DNA of 64,000 nucleotides from an uncultured Verrucomicrobiae bacterium (GTDB taxonomy: Bacteria > Verrucomicrobiota > Verrucomicrobiia > Chthoniobacterales > UBA10450): positions 64,001-128,000 of the forward strand of contig CAVYXA010000004.1 in NCBI GenBank assembly GCA_963772365.1, written 5' to 3'. Positions 28,880 to 39,376 of the stretch are shown piece by piece (positions within the stretch are counted from its first letter, which is position 1; each line of letters starts with the position of its first letter). Below the pieces are notes generated by a model that had not been told where the DNA came from, made no database searches, and saw only the letters and a list, made by a program, of their open reading frames with translations. A program made the translations under genes and the position numbers.

Positions 28880-28985
28880 TTGGAGAGAACGATATGAAGC
28901 GGCGACGGCGAATCAAAATTTTTCGATTTTCGGGAGAGATCAGTTGCTCAATGGAAAATTTGGCATTCTCTTTGTCGGGGTAAAT

Positions 28986-29873
28986 ATGGGGAAGTGGAAA
29001 ATCTTCGTTGCAGTCGCGCTGATTGGCTCGACTGCGTTTGCATCGGAGCACGGATTGCCTTTCGGCACCGTTTTTAAGGGGCACGATCGGTTCGACCGGC
29101 TGGTGACACAGGCAAAACAGGAAAATTGGAAGGCGCTACCGATCGGTGAACGGACTGCTGCGGTTGGTCATGCTCTTGTGGGAACGCGGTACCGGCATTT
29201 TACACTGGAGATCGACAATCGAATCGAGGCGCCTTCCGTCAATTTCAACGGAATGGATTGCTGGACCTTTTTCGAAACAGCACTGGGTTTCGCCCGCATG
29301 TTGAATGAACCGGAGGAGAACTGGACCCCGGAAATGCTTTTGCATTACATCGAGAAGGATCGATATCGCGGCGGGGTTTGCACGGGTGACTATCTTTCTC
29401 GACTCCATTATCTGGAGGATTGGTTGCACGATAACGATCAGCGCGGATTGGTCGAAGATTTGACGCGCGACCTGGGCGGTCGAAGCGTTCCGCATTCAGC
29501 CCGGGAGATGTCGGTTGGCTGGCGGCATTATCGATATCTGACAGCGAATCGAGCCTTGCTCGGTCCGTTAGCCAAGATGGAAGCACGCGTATCGGCGCGG
29601 CCACTGTATCAGATCCCGAAAAGCCGGGTAGCCAGGATCGAACCGAAACTGCGAAGCGGCGATATCATCGGAATTGTTTCGCACGATGGCCGGCATCTTT
29701 ATTCCACATCGCATGTCGGCCTGGCCCTTCGAACCAGGGATGGCGTTTTGCATTTCCTGCACGCATCAGCGCCAAACAATTATGGACGCGTCGTAGTTGA
29801 TTCGCGCCTCTCGACTTATTTGCACCGCTTCCGGTCCGACAGCGGAATCCTGGTTGCGCGTCCGGTGAAATAA
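28986..29873 (+). CDS. DUF1460 / NlpC-P60-like amidase family exported protein
   Basis: Signal peptide; MDCWTF, RYRGG..YLSRLHY, GDIIGI, SHVG, HAS. Confidence 0.8.
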   Translation: MGKWKIFVAVALIGSTAFASEHGLPFGTVFKGHDRFDRLVTQAKQENWKALPIGERTAAVGHALVGTRYRHFTLEIDNRIEAPSVNFNGMDCWTFFETALGFARMLNEPEENWTPEMLLHYIEKDRYRGGVCTGDYLSRLHYLEDWLHDNDQRGLVEDLTRDLGGRSVPHSAREMSVGWRHYRYLTANRALLGPLAKMEARVSARPLYQIPKSRVARIEPKLRSGDIIGIVSHDGRHLYSTSHVGLALRTRDGVLHFLHASAPNNYGRVVVDSRLSTYLHRFRSDSGILVARPVK

Positions 29874-29894
29874 TATCCGCCCGGAAAATCGAAG

Positions 29895-31916
29895 TCACTG
29901 GCTGGTTGCAGTCGGCAGCTCGATCGCGAATGTCGCTCCTTTGCCCAACCCCTCGCTTTTCGCGCGAATCGCGCCGCGGTGCATCTCAATAATGACCTTA
30001 CTGATGGCCAGGCCAAGGCCCAGACCTTCCCGACGCGAATCGATCTGCTCAAAAGCGTCAAAGATCTTTTCAAGGTTTTCGGCGCTAATCCCAATACCGC
30101 TATCGCTGATCTCGATGGCAATCGATCCGGGGGTTGGGTTGTGCGAACGGATGGAAATGACACCGCTTTCCGGAGTGAACTTGCAGGCGTTGCGAAGCAC
30201 GTTCCAAAAGACCTGCTGCAAACGCGAGGAATCGACCCGAAGGGTATGATCTTTTGCGTCCAGCTTTACTACCAGGTTGAGATGCTTGGCGTGAATATCG
30301 CTGGCCACGATCTCGATAGCCTGCCGAACCAGATCGTGCGCGTCGGCCTGGCGAAGTTGCAGCTGGAGTTTCCCGCGGGACAGCCGGGTAAGATCGAGAA
30401 GATCGTCGATCAATCGTGCCTCCAATTCGACGTTGCGGCAGACCATTTTTAGTCCTTCCCGCATTTCCGGAGTTAACCCGGGTTGATCGACAGTGCCTCC
30501 CGCCCAAATCAACACTGGTGTAAGCGGGGTGCGCAGTTCGTGACTCAGCGTTGCCAGGAATCGGTCCTTGGCCGCATTGGCCGTCTCGGCTGCTTCTTTT
30601 TGGCGCTGCAATTCCGCTTCCGTCTGGCGCCGTTGTATGAAAAGGCCAATCTGACTTCCCAACGCCTGGGCGAGCTGGAGCAGATCGTCGTCGGGCTCGA
30701 CTACCGCCGGACTAAACAATTCCAGGACACCTTTCATCGAGTCTTCGGCTAACAGAGGAAAACCGAATCCGCCACAGATCCCCGCCTCGGCCGCGAAATC
30801 TTTGCGAGGAAAATTGCTGTCTTTGCTGACGTCGCTGATCCAGAAGGGCCTTTTCGATGAAAACACGCGCCCTGGCAGTCCAATGGAATTCAGCAATGGC
30901 GTGGTTCGCGTGACGCTCTGAAATTTCTCCAGCCAAGGCGCCCCCGTATGCCAGGTAACTTCGCACCGCAGTATTTTTTCAGATTCGTTCCAGAGCCAGA
31001 TCGAGCCGAAGATCCAGTTGCCGCTTCCGGCGATGATCTCAATAATGTGCGGCCCTGCTTCGGCAAGGGAATGGGAACCGGCTAGCAAATTCGCAATCGC
31101 GTATTGAGCTGACCGGCGCCGTTCGATCCGCACCCGCGCGGTGATGTCGCGCGCAATTTTTGATGCGCCGACCACATGTCCGTCTTCATCCTTGATGGGG
31201 GAACGCGTCATCGACACGTTCACGTGCGTTCCATCCTTTCGACGACGCACACTTTCGTAGCGCTCCACCCTTTCTCCCAGCCGAATCTGATCGAGCACAA
31301 CCTGTTCTTCGTTGTGCCGTTCGGGGGGAATCAAAATGGCGATCGATTTGCCGATCACTTCCTCAGGCGTGTAACCATACAGCCGCTGGGCACCCTGATT
31401 CCAGCTCCTGATATCGCCGTTCAGATCCGTGCTGAGAATTGCATCTTGAGAAGAATGCACGATTGCAGCTAGGTGCCGCTGGGCTTCTTCATCCCGTTTA
31501 CGTTTCGTGATATCACGCAGGTAAGCGGTGAAGAACGGTTTACTGTCGATCCTGTAAGGAGTAATCGCCAATTCCACAAGAATTTCCGATCCGTCTCGAC
31601 GCAATGCATTGATCTCGACGCGCTTTCCGAGGAATATGCCTTGCCCGGTCTTTAAAAAATTGGCCAGCCCGCGGCGGTGTTGATCTCGGAACCGCGCCGG
31701 AATGATTAGCTCGGCGAGTTCCCTTCCGATTACTTCATCCCGAGTAAAACCGAATATGCGTTCGGCCGCGGGATTGAACTCCAGAATATTACCCCTGCCA
31801 TCGATACAGATGATGCAATCGAGGGCCGATTCGAGAATGGCATGGTTGAGCGACTCGGCCCAGCCGGGCGGGCGACGGATTCGAACTCGCTTTTCCTTGG
31901 TTTTGTGCGGCGGCAT
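29895..31916 (-). CDS. PAS-PAS-GAF sensor histidine kinase
   Basis: Two PAS domains, a GAF domain, LSHELRTPL, NVLRNACKF, DSGIG, GLGLGL. No receiver domain. Confidence 0.93.
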   Translation of the reverse strand: MPPHKTKEKRVRIRRPPGWAESLNHAILESALDCIICIDGRGNILEFNPAAERIFGFTRDEVIGRELAELIIPARFRDQHRRGLANFLKTGQGIFLGKRVEINALRRDGSEILVELAITPYRIDSKPFFTAYLRDITKRKRDEEAQRHLAAIVHSSQDAILSTDLNGDIRSWNQGAQRLYGYTPEEVIGKSIAILIPPERHNEEQVVLDQIRLGERVERYESVRRRKDGTHVNVSMTRSPIKDEDGHVVGASKIARDITARVRIERRRSAQYAIANLLAGSHSLAEAGPHIIEIIAGSGNWIFGSIWLWNESEKILRCEVTWHTGAPWLEKFQSVTRTTPLLNSIGLPGRVFSSKRPFWISDVSKDSNFPRKDFAAEAGICGGFGFPLLAEDSMKGVLELFSPAVVEPDDDLLQLAQALGSQIGLFIQRRQTEAELQRQKEAAETANAAKDRFLATLSHELRTPLTPVLIWAGGTVDQPGLTPEMREGLKMVCRNVELEARLIDDLLDLTRLSRGKLQLQLRQADAHDLVRQAIEIVASDIHAKHLNLVVKLDAKDHTLRVDSSRLQQVFWNVLRNACKFTPESGVISIRSHNPTPGSIAIEISDSGIGISAENLEKIFDAFEQIDSRREGLGLGLAISKVIIEMHRGAIRAKSEGLGKGATFAIELPTATSQ

Positions 31917-31936
31917 TTGCGCAGACGATTAGTAGT

Positions 31937-32749
31937 CTATTGCGGATTATAACCAAATTGGCTATCCAGCTTTCTAATCGCATCTGCCGCATACCGCTGG
32001 TCGTCGGCGGAAAGATATTCTCGATAACCACCGATCTTGCCACGCCGGACTTTGAAGGATTCCGGATCAAGCACATCGCCAGCGCGGAGAATCTTGGAAT
32101 CGAACGCGCCCGCCGCCTCCATTTTTTGCATATTTTCGAACCGGGAAAACTCGATAGTCTGCTGCAAGATCGACATATCGGGTGTCGCCTCGCCCAGGAG
32201 CCCGAGTAACGTCCGAAAGTGTTCGACTGGTGCGGCGCGCAGTGATTCATATCGCAACAGGCTAAAATCCGGTCGGCCGGAAAATTCGCGCATCCATTCG
32301 TTCATCGTTCTCACCATCGCCCGAATACCGAAGCGTCGATCACGTAGAACTTCACTGATTGAGCGGGCTCTTAGTCTTTCCGCTGTCGCGGGGTCACGAC
32401 GCGTCATCTGGAGATAGAGTGAGACAAAACAATCGCGGGGATCTCGCGCCAGCAAAATAATGCGCGCCTGGCCAAGCTCTTTGGACGGAATCAAATATTT
32501 CCCGCGCAGTTTGTCCCATTGGCGTCCTTTTGTTCTATACTCGAATCGATCGTGCGAATAAATGATCCGCGGAATCTTAAGATCGACATATTGCTCGGGC
32601 TCGAGAGTAAATTCACGACCATTCCGTTTGCAAAAATACGCGCACAGGAATGTTCGCACCCAGGTCCGTCCGCTTTTGGGAATCGAAATAATGATTGCGT
32701 CGCCACCGGAAAGATGACGCGCACGGCTGCTTAAGTTTCTCCGGATCAT
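31937..32749 (-). CDS. Sulfotransferase domain protein
   Basis: PKSGRTW (5'-PSB), RDPRDCFVS (3'-PB), RRGKIG. Confidence 0.88.
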   Translation of the reverse strand: MIRRNLSSRARHLSGGDAIIISIPKSGRTWVRTFLCAYFCKRNGREFTLEPEQYVDLKIPRIIYSHDRFEYRTKGRQWDKLRGKYLIPSKELGQARIILLARDPRDCFVSLYLQMTRRDPATAERLRARSISEVLRDRRFGIRAMVRTMNEWMREFSGRPDFSLLRYESLRAAPVEHFRTLLGLLGEATPDMSILQQTIEFSRFENMQKMEAAGAFDSKILRAGDVLDPESFKVRRGKIGGYREYLSADDQRYAADAIRKLDSQFGYNPQ

Positions 32750-34470
32750 TGAGGACCGCCCTCGCGCTCGGCAACGGCAAGTTGGGCCCGGAGCAGATCG
32801 TGCAAGGTCACAATGCCAATCAATTTGTTCCCCGAATGATCGGTGATGGCGAGTGTGCCAGTGGTGGATTGAATCAGGCGCGTTTGCGATTGGCGAATCG
32901 ATTCACCCGGCCGGCAAGTCACAGCCTGTTCCAGTTTTGGTTGTCGATGCTCCGCCAGGGCCGCTGTGATCTCCGTGCGGGTGGCGACACCTTTGACCTG
33001 GCCATTTTCGATGACTGGAAAATGTCGATAGGGATAGTGTTCGATCAATTCCGCCAACGTTTGCTCCGAGAGATCGTTCGCCGCCACCGGCTTGAAATTT
33101 GCCAGCGCGGAGATCGGAAGATTTTGCCACGAGCGCAAGTCGCGCGGTGGAATCAGATGGTCGAGGTCGTGTCCATCCTGGCAAAGAACCTGGTCGTAGA
33201 AGTTCGTGCGATTGATCGCACGGGCAATCACTTGGCTGATTAAGCCGGCCAACATCAGCCCTGGAACCAGCGCGAACTGGTGGGTCATTTCAAAGATGAT
33301 CAGGATCGCCGTGACCGGCGCTTGCACCACGGCGCCGAGGCAAGCGCTCATTCCACCAACCGCGAGCAGAACTGAATCGCTTTCATTCAGCTGGAGAAAA
33401 TGTCCGCCCAATCCCGCAACGACAACGCCGCACATTCCGCCGAGGAAAAGATTGGGTGAAAATATTCCACCGCATCCTCCGAATCCGTAACAGGCAATCG
33501 TGGCGACGAGTTTGCCCGCCAATAAAGCTGCTGCGAGTTGCCAGGTAAAATCTCGATTGAGCGCCGAGGATAAATCTTCATAGCCCAAGGCGAATACGCC
33601 GAGATGCGCCGTCGCGAAAAATACCCCCACGCCCACAGACCAGGTAATCAATCCGCCTCCCAGTGGATGCAACCAGCGTGGAATGGCGCGGACTTTTTTC
33701 ATCCCGGCGCGCAACGCGAGCGAGCCGCGCTGGAAGATTACGCCGAGCAAAGCTGATGCTCCGGCAGCGATCGGCATGAGAACGTAGGAGCGCCAGCTTG
33801 GTTCGCCGATGTGCGGCAAAATAAATGCCGGCTGCGGCCCGATAAACGCGTGAACAACGAACGCGCCGATGACTGCGGCCAACAGAACCGGCCCCAGCGA
33901 ACGACTGTTCAAATCGCCAATGATCTCCTCGAGCACGAACGCTACCGATGCCAGGGGGGCGTTGAACGCCGCCGCCAAACCCGCAGCTGCTCCGGCCGCG
34001 CTCGCTGCGCGCCTGTTTTGTTTCGTCACCCCAAACCAGCCGGCGATTGTCGATGATAAATTGCTCCCGATCTGCACCGTTGGTCCTTCGCGACCCAGTG
34101 CTTGACCGCCACCGATGCAGACAGCACCGGCAATAAATTTTACGAGCGCGATCCGACTCGGCGCGTGCCCGAATTCCTTCCAGAAATTCAACTTTACCTG
34201 CGGAATTCCGCTGCCAGCCGCTTCCGGAGCGAAGGAGTTCAGAAGCCAACCTGTGAGCAGCGACCCAGCGACGATTGCGACCAGGCTAATCCATAGAAAG
34301 CGGGACGTGTTCATCGCCGCGGGAGCTACGAATGCGCGCCCGTAGATCCAGTTGATCGCTAATTGAAATCCAACCGCAGCGATGCTCGCCGCCAAAGCAT
34401 AAATACAAGTCCCGAGAATCGGGCGCGCCTTGTCGTGCACCCGATGAAACTCGGTCGCCAAGGATCTCAC
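32746..34470 (-). CDS. ClC chloride channel/antiporter with CBS-like tail
   Basis: GSGIP, GREGP, AAFNAPL, GGIFSP, IFEMT. Confidence 0.92.
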   Translation of the reverse strand: MRSLATEFHRVHDKARPILGTCIYALAASIAAVGFQLAINWIYGRAFVAPAAMNTSRFLWISLVAIVAGSLLTGWLLNSFAPEAAGSGIPQVKLNFWKEFGHAPSRIALVKFIAGAVCIGGGQALGREGPTVQIGSNLSSTIAGWFGVTKQNRRAASAAGAAAGLAAAFNAPLASVAFVLEEIIGDLNSRSLGPVLLAAVIGAFVVHAFIGPQPAFILPHIGEPSWRSYVLMPIAAGASALLGVIFQRGSLALRAGMKKVRAIPRWLHPLGGGLITWSVGVGVFFATAHLGVFALGYEDLSSALNRDFTWQLAAALLAGKLVATIACYGFGGCGGIFSPNLFLGGMCGVVVAGLGGHFLQLNESDSVLLAVGGMSACLGAVVQAPVTAILIIFEMTHQFALVPGLMLAGLISQVIARAINRTNFYDQVLCQDGHDLDHLIPPRDLRSWQNLPISALANFKPVAANDLSEQTLAELIEHYPYRHFPVIENGQVKGVATRTEITAALAEHRQPKLEQAVTCRPGESIRQSQTRLIQSTTGTLAITDHSGNKLIGIVTLHDLLRAQLAVAEREGGPQ

Positions 34471-34494
34471 GCCCCGATCATAGCGTGTTAATCG

Positions 34495-36297
34495 CTACTC
34501 AGCGAACAAGCCGATTCCTTCCGCCATCGAGTGGGCGATTCGTTCCTTGGAAATCCAGCCGCGGATTTCGCTCCCCGAGTTCACGGCCAAATTGCCGGAA
34601 ACTAAAAAAACGTCGGTCCGGTTCGTATGCATTCGGGTCACGATTTCGAACAGCGTCGTGTTTTCACCGATCACGTCGTAATTCAAGTTCGCGGCGTCGC
34701 CCACAGTTTCCGTTTCCGGGCGGCGTCGCATTGCTCGATACGCCATCTCTTCGGTCAAGACCCCTTTAATTTGGCCATCACGTTCGATCACGAACAAGGG
34801 CGGTGTTGCACCCGGTTCCGGCATTTTCTTTCTTAATTCTTCCAAAGTGACTCCAGCTGGCAACAGCGTCATATTTTCGTTCTTCAAATCGCGCGCCAAC
34901 CGCATGTGTTGAAGATTGGTCTGGAGCGCGTCGGGCATATAATGGCCGCGGCGGGCGAGCTTCAGGGTGTAAATGCTTTCTTTGAGCAGCACCTTTCGCA
35001 CTCCGTAACTGATCGCCACCGTAATCGTCATCGGCACGATCACGCCATAATCCCGCGTCATTTCGAAGATCATGACGATCGATGTAATCGCAGCGCTGGT
35101 TGCGCCACCCACCATTCCGGCCATGCCCGCCACGGCAAACGCCGGCGGACTGATGGGCAAGGCCGGAAACAAAACGCCTAACACGCTTCCGTAGGTCGCA
35201 CCCAGAGTTGCTCCCAAATACAAAGAGGGAGAAAAAATCCCGCCGGATCCACCGGAACCGAGAGTCAACGATGTCGCCATCAGTTTAAGCACAAATAACA
35301 GAGCCAACGGTCCCGCGGTCGCTAACACTCCGGACAAAATATCCTGCACTGTCGAGTAACCGATCCCCTGGATGTAATAATGCCCCCATCCCCGCATCAT
35401 CAGATACATCATCACGCCGACGAGCAACATCCCCAGCGTGTGTCGCACGTAGTAATTACCTCGAATCTTTTTCTCAAACAAATCCTCGAAGACATAGATC
35501 GATCGAATGAACAAGGCGGCCGCGCCACCGGCCAGGACTGCGAGCCCGACATAGGAGAGAAGCACCACCGGATTGGTCGCATGATAAAACGACTCGCGAA
35601 ATTCCGGGATGACGAATGACGGATTCGCGCCGAAGAACAACCGACCGATATACGTGGCGGTCGCCGTTGAAATTGCCACGGGCACAAGTGTCCAGACGCT
35701 CACTTCGTGCAACATGATCTCGGCCGCGAACAAAATGCCCCCGATGGGTGTATTGAAGGTTGCCGCGATCCCGCCGCCGGCGCCGGCTGCGATCAAAGTC
35801 ACGCGTTGCCAGGCTGGAATCCGCAGCCATTGACCAAATGTCGATCCGAACGCGGACGCGATCTGGATGATCGGGCCTTCCCGTCCCACCGAGCCACCGC
35901 TGCCGATGGAAAGAGCTGAGGCCATCGCTTTCACGAAAGCAACGACAGGACGAATCAAGCCCTTATTGTAATAAATTGCGTCCATCACTTCGGGGACGCC
36001 GTGGCCCTTTGCTTCGGGCGCAAATGTCTTGACCAGAAACGCCACGCCCAAACCGCCAATCACCGGAGCGAGAATGATCCAGGGACCCCATGGCCCGGCG
36101 GGAGTGTGCGCATTGGCGTCGTAGAAGATCGACAATCGGCCAAGGAAAAAAAGATTGTGGAAAAACGCGATCAGCCCGCGAAAAGCGGCTGCGCCCAAAC
36201 CTGAAACGATCCCGACTATGACTGATAATCCCCAGAGCGAAAATGGACCGATCGGGCGGCTGCGTTTTATCTGTTTATTACTGTCGGGTTCCGCCAT
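34495..36297 (-). CDS. ClC chloride channel/antiporter with CBS-like tail
   Basis: GHGVP, GREGP, ATFNTPI, GGIFSP, IFEMT. Confidence 0.92.
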   Translation of the reverse strand: MAEPDSNKQIKRSRPIGPFSLWGLSVIVGIVSGLGAAAFRGLIAFFHNLFFLGRLSIFYDANAHTPAGPWGPWIILAPVIGGLGVAFLVKTFAPEAKGHGVPEVMDAIYYNKGLIRPVVAFVKAMASALSIGSGGSVGREGPIIQIASAFGSTFGQWLRIPAWQRVTLIAAGAGGGIAATFNTPIGGILFAAEIMLHEVSVWTLVPVAISTATATYIGRLFFGANPSFVIPEFRESFYHATNPVVLLSYVGLAVLAGGAAALFIRSIYVFEDLFEKKIRGNYYVRHTLGMLLVGVMMYLMMRGWGHYYIQGIGYSTVQDILSGVLATAGPLALLFVLKLMATSLTLGSGGSGGIFSPSLYLGATLGATYGSVLGVLFPALPISPPAFAVAGMAGMVGGATSAAITSIVMIFEMTRDYGVIVPMTITVAISYGVRKVLLKESIYTLKLARRGHYMPDALQTNLQHMRLARDLKNENMTLLPAGVTLEELRKKMPEPGATPPLFVIERDGQIKGVLTEEMAYRAMRRRPETETVGDAANLNYDVIGENTTLFEIVTRMHTNRTDVFLVSGNLAVNSGSEIRGWISKERIAHSMAEGIGLFAE

Positions 36298-36418
36298 GGA
36301 CGATACATTTGGATTTTTCGAATCGACTCCTCATGGCGGACGTTCGATTCGCCCGGAGGCATTAAGAATAGGCAGGCAAACCCGACTTAAAGCAAGCCTA
36401 TCAAGGAGACAACGGATT

Positions 36419-38101
36419 CTATCTTTCGGCCAATTTCCCCGGGCCCCACAATGCCCTTCCCGGTTTTGCGCCAGTGTGCTCGCCGTCCTTGATCACCTGG
36501 ACGCCGTTCACGAAAACGTGCTTCACGCCGATTGCGTATTGCTGTGGTTTCTCATAGGTAGCGCGATCGGCGATCGTCGCCGGATCGAACACGACGACGT
36601 CGGCAAACATTCCTTCCTTCAGGAACCCGCGATGATCGAGTCCAAGGTTTGTCGCCGGCAGACCGCTCAACTTATGAATCGCCTCCGGCATCGGGAGCAC
36701 TTTTTCGTCGCGGACATATTTGCCCAGAACACGCACAAAATTTCCGTAAGCACGCGGATGCGGATGAGACTTGAGAAAAACGCCTTCCGGCGCCTGGGAA
36801 GATTCATCGGAACCAAAGGAAATCCATGGCTTGGCAATTTTCTTCTTCACGTTCTCTGCCGACATTACGAAATAGATTGTGTCGATCCGCGATTCATCTT
36901 CGGCGATCAGGTCCATGATCGTTTCGATCGGATCTTTTCCGCGCATTTTTGCCACTTCGGCAAGCGTTTTGCCGGTGAGCGGTTTCAGTTTCTCGGTTTT
37001 GAACCCGACCAGCAGAATCTTATCAGGCGAACCAGCGGCCAGATAAAGGTTTTCCCATTTGTCGCTGTCGATCTTCACCTCGGCGGCAATCTTTTTTCGC
37101 GTCGCCGGATCGCGCAACCGTTTGAACAGCGCGGGATAGCCTCCATCCTGCGTCCACGGCGGAAGACATGCATCTAATCCTGTCGCCGCGGCCGTGTAGG
37201 TGTACATGTCGGCGGTAATTTTTAATCCCTCTTTTTGCGCGGCTTCGATTCGCGCCAGAAAGGGCTCCAACTTGGGCCAATTCTTTTCGCCGGCTGCTTT
37301 AATGTGATAAATCTCGGCTGGAATGTGGGCCTCTCGCGCGATCCGGATCAGTTCGTCCGTCGCTTCGAACAGCTGATTTCCTTCACTGCGCATGTGAGAG
37401 ATGTATTTGCCCTTGTACTTCGCAGCGACTTTGCAAAGCTCGATCAGTTCACCGGTCTTGGCATAAAACGCCGGCGGATAAATCAATGAGCTGCCGATAC
37501 CGAGCGCGCCATCTTCCATGGCCCGGCGCACAATCTCGCGCATCTCATCGAGTTGTTTCGGTGTCGGCTGTTTGTCTTCGAGGCCGATGACATACTCGCG
37601 AACCGTAGTGGCGCCGAGAAATGACGCGACATTGCAGGAAATTCCGTGCTGCTCGAGATAGCGCAGATATTCCGCCAGCGCGTTCCATTTGATGTCGAAC
37701 TTGATGTCCTTCTGCTCGTCGAGCATTCGCTTTTTCATCCGGTCATTGAGCGGACCCATCGACCAGCCTTCGCCCATGATCTCGGTCGTGACACCCTGCC
37801 GGATCTCGCTCTCCGAGCGACCGTCTTGAATCAAAGATTCGTTAGACCAGGAGAGCATGTTGATGAAGCCCGGCGCAACGGCAAGCCCGGCAGCATCGAC
37901 AATCGTTTGCGCTTTCGCGGCCTTGAAATCGCCTAGACCGGCGATGCGGTCGCCGCGAATGGCAACATCGACATGTTGAGCCGGTCCGCCGGTGCCGTCA
38001 TAAACGGTTCCATTTTTAATGATCACATCGAAATCGCCTTGCTCCTCCGCAAGTGCGATGGAGCTCACAAGCAAAACTGCACTGCAAAAAAATGTTCTCA
38101 C
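36419..38101 (-). CDS. Exported N-acyl-D-amino-acid deacylase (amidohydrolase)
   Basis: IKNGTVYDGTG, VAPGFIN, SHMRSEG, HPRAYGNF, ADVVVFDP. GTG start overlaps the upstream TGA. Confidence 0.9.
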   Translation of the reverse strand: MRTFFCSAVLLVSSIALAEEQGDFDVIIKNGTVYDGTGGPAQHVDVAIRGDRIAGLGDFKAAKAQTIVDAAGLAVAPGFINMLSWSNESLIQDGRSESEIRQGVTTEIMGEGWSMGPLNDRMKKRMLDEQKDIKFDIKWNALAEYLRYLEQHGISCNVASFLGATTVREYVIGLEDKQPTPKQLDEMREIVRRAMEDGALGIGSSLIYPPAFYAKTGELIELCKVAAKYKGKYISHMRSEGNQLFEATDELIRIAREAHIPAEIYHIKAAGEKNWPKLEPFLARIEAAQKEGLKITADMYTYTAAATGLDACLPPWTQDGGYPALFKRLRDPATRKKIAAEVKIDSDKWENLYLAAGSPDKILLVGFKTEKLKPLTGKTLAEVAKMRGKDPIETIMDLIAEDESRIDTIYFVMSAENVKKKIAKPWISFGSDESSQAPEGVFLKSHPHPRAYGNFVRVLGKYVRDEKVLPMPEAIHKLSGLPATNLGLDHRGFLKEGMFADVVVFDPATIADRATYEKPQQYAIGVKHVFVNGVQVIKDGEHTGAKPGRALWGPGKLAER

Positions 38102-39372
38102 TTTACAAACTCCGGATGGCCGGCTCTCCAAGGATCGTATTTTTTCGCAAATAGAATCCGTTTGTCCAGCGGCGGATGATTGTAAAGCCAAAGTTCAATG
38201 AATCGCGAGGGCCTCGGATCGCTCAGGTTCACTTCGCCCAGGACCTGAAATGCTTGCGCCGCGGCGGCTGTCGAGTGCGGCACGATTCCGTGGATCACTT
38301 CCAGGCCGTAAATGTCGGCCTGATGTTCGTAATGACGCGACATGGCATTGATCAACGGCTCGGCCAGAAAGCTGAGACCAGTCAGGAACAACAAGAAGAC
38401 TGGAAGCGACGCCCAATCATCGATCCCGCGAATGTCCCAACGCGCACCGGATTTTCTCAGAAGCCAGTTTGCGCCGCGAGCGCCGACGTAGAGAAACACG
38501 AGCATCAGCGCGCAGAGAAACAGGATGAGTTTGGGAATGTGCCCGAGGACGTAGTGGCCCATTTCATGGCCAAAGACGAACAGGGTCTGGTCGTTGTTAA
38601 GGCGCTTCATGGTCGTGTCCCACACCACCACGCGTTTCGATGCGCCGACGCCGCTGACGTAAGCGTTGACGGAATTCATTTTCTCGCTGGCGTTCATCTC
38701 GAACATCCGCTGTTCGGGGATCGTTAGGCCGGCGCGGCGGACAATTCTGGAAATCTGCGCCACCAATTCCGGATGCTTCTTCGCCAGCGGCTCGAACTTG
38801 AAAAACAGTGGCTCGATTACGAGCGGCGAAATAAACATGAGGAAGACCACAATCGGGATGCTCACCAGCCAAAAATAAAACCACCACCACCGCGGGCTTC
38901 GTCGAATCATACCATACAGAATCCAGAGAAGCACGGCGCCCAGCGCAGTCGTGAGAAGTTGACCTTTGGTCCAATCCCAACTCCACGAAGCCCAATCCTG
39001 AATGGATTGATCGTATTTGCGCGACAACCATTGGCGATAAATCTCGACCGGTAGAGAGAACAATCCGAGCGTGAAGAGAATTAGCGCACCAAAAATCCAG
39101 GCCTGAACAAAGCGCTTATGGGAAACGCGTTCGGCCCAGTCGCGGTATTTCGGCGCGACCCGCGCGGAGAGCAATCCCATGAGAACAAGTATTCCATAGG
39201 CGACCTCGGCAAAGTGAAGCCGGTATTTCGTGCGCGAAAATGCAACCGCCTTCTCGTATTTTTCAGGCGAAAGATGAAAGCCATTCGGCCGCCGGCTTTC
39301 CTGATTTCCTGTCTGCGCCCCGGCCATTCGCGTCAAAGCGCACAGAAACAGCGTTGCAATTATGATCGGCAT
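38098..39372 (-). CDS. M48 (Ste24-like) membrane zinc metallopeptidase
   Basis: Multiple TM segments; NAYVSG, HEMGH, EHQAD, HPPLDKRI. Confidence 0.93.
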   Translation of the reverse strand: MPIIIATLFLCALTRMAGAQTGNQESRRPNGFHLSPEKYEKAVAFSRTKYRLHFAEVAYGILVLMGLLSARVAPKYRDWAERVSHKRFVQAWIFGALILFTLGLFSLPVEIYRQWLSRKYDQSIQDWASWSWDWTKGQLLTTALGAVLLWILYGMIRRSPRWWWFYFWLVSIPIVVFLMFISPLVIEPLFFKFEPLAKKHPELVAQISRIVRRAGLTIPEQRMFEMNASEKMNSVNAYVSGVGASKRVVVWDTTMKRLNNDQTLFVFGHEMGHYVLGHIPKLILFLCALMLVFLYVGARGANWLLRKSGARWDIRGIDDWASLPVFLLFLTGLSFLAEPLINAMSRHYEHQADIYGLEVIHGIVPHSTAAAAQAFQVLGEVNLSDPRPSRFIELWLYNHPPLDKRILFAKKYDPWRAGHPEFVK

Positions 39373-39376
39373 CGAT

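Noticed and set aside
36155..37177. 340-aa plus-strand ORF and other long antisense ORFs (e.g. 23239-24009, 5305-5937)
   Set aside because: They are shadows of well-supported opposite-strand genes in GC-rich DNA and have no recognisable motifs.
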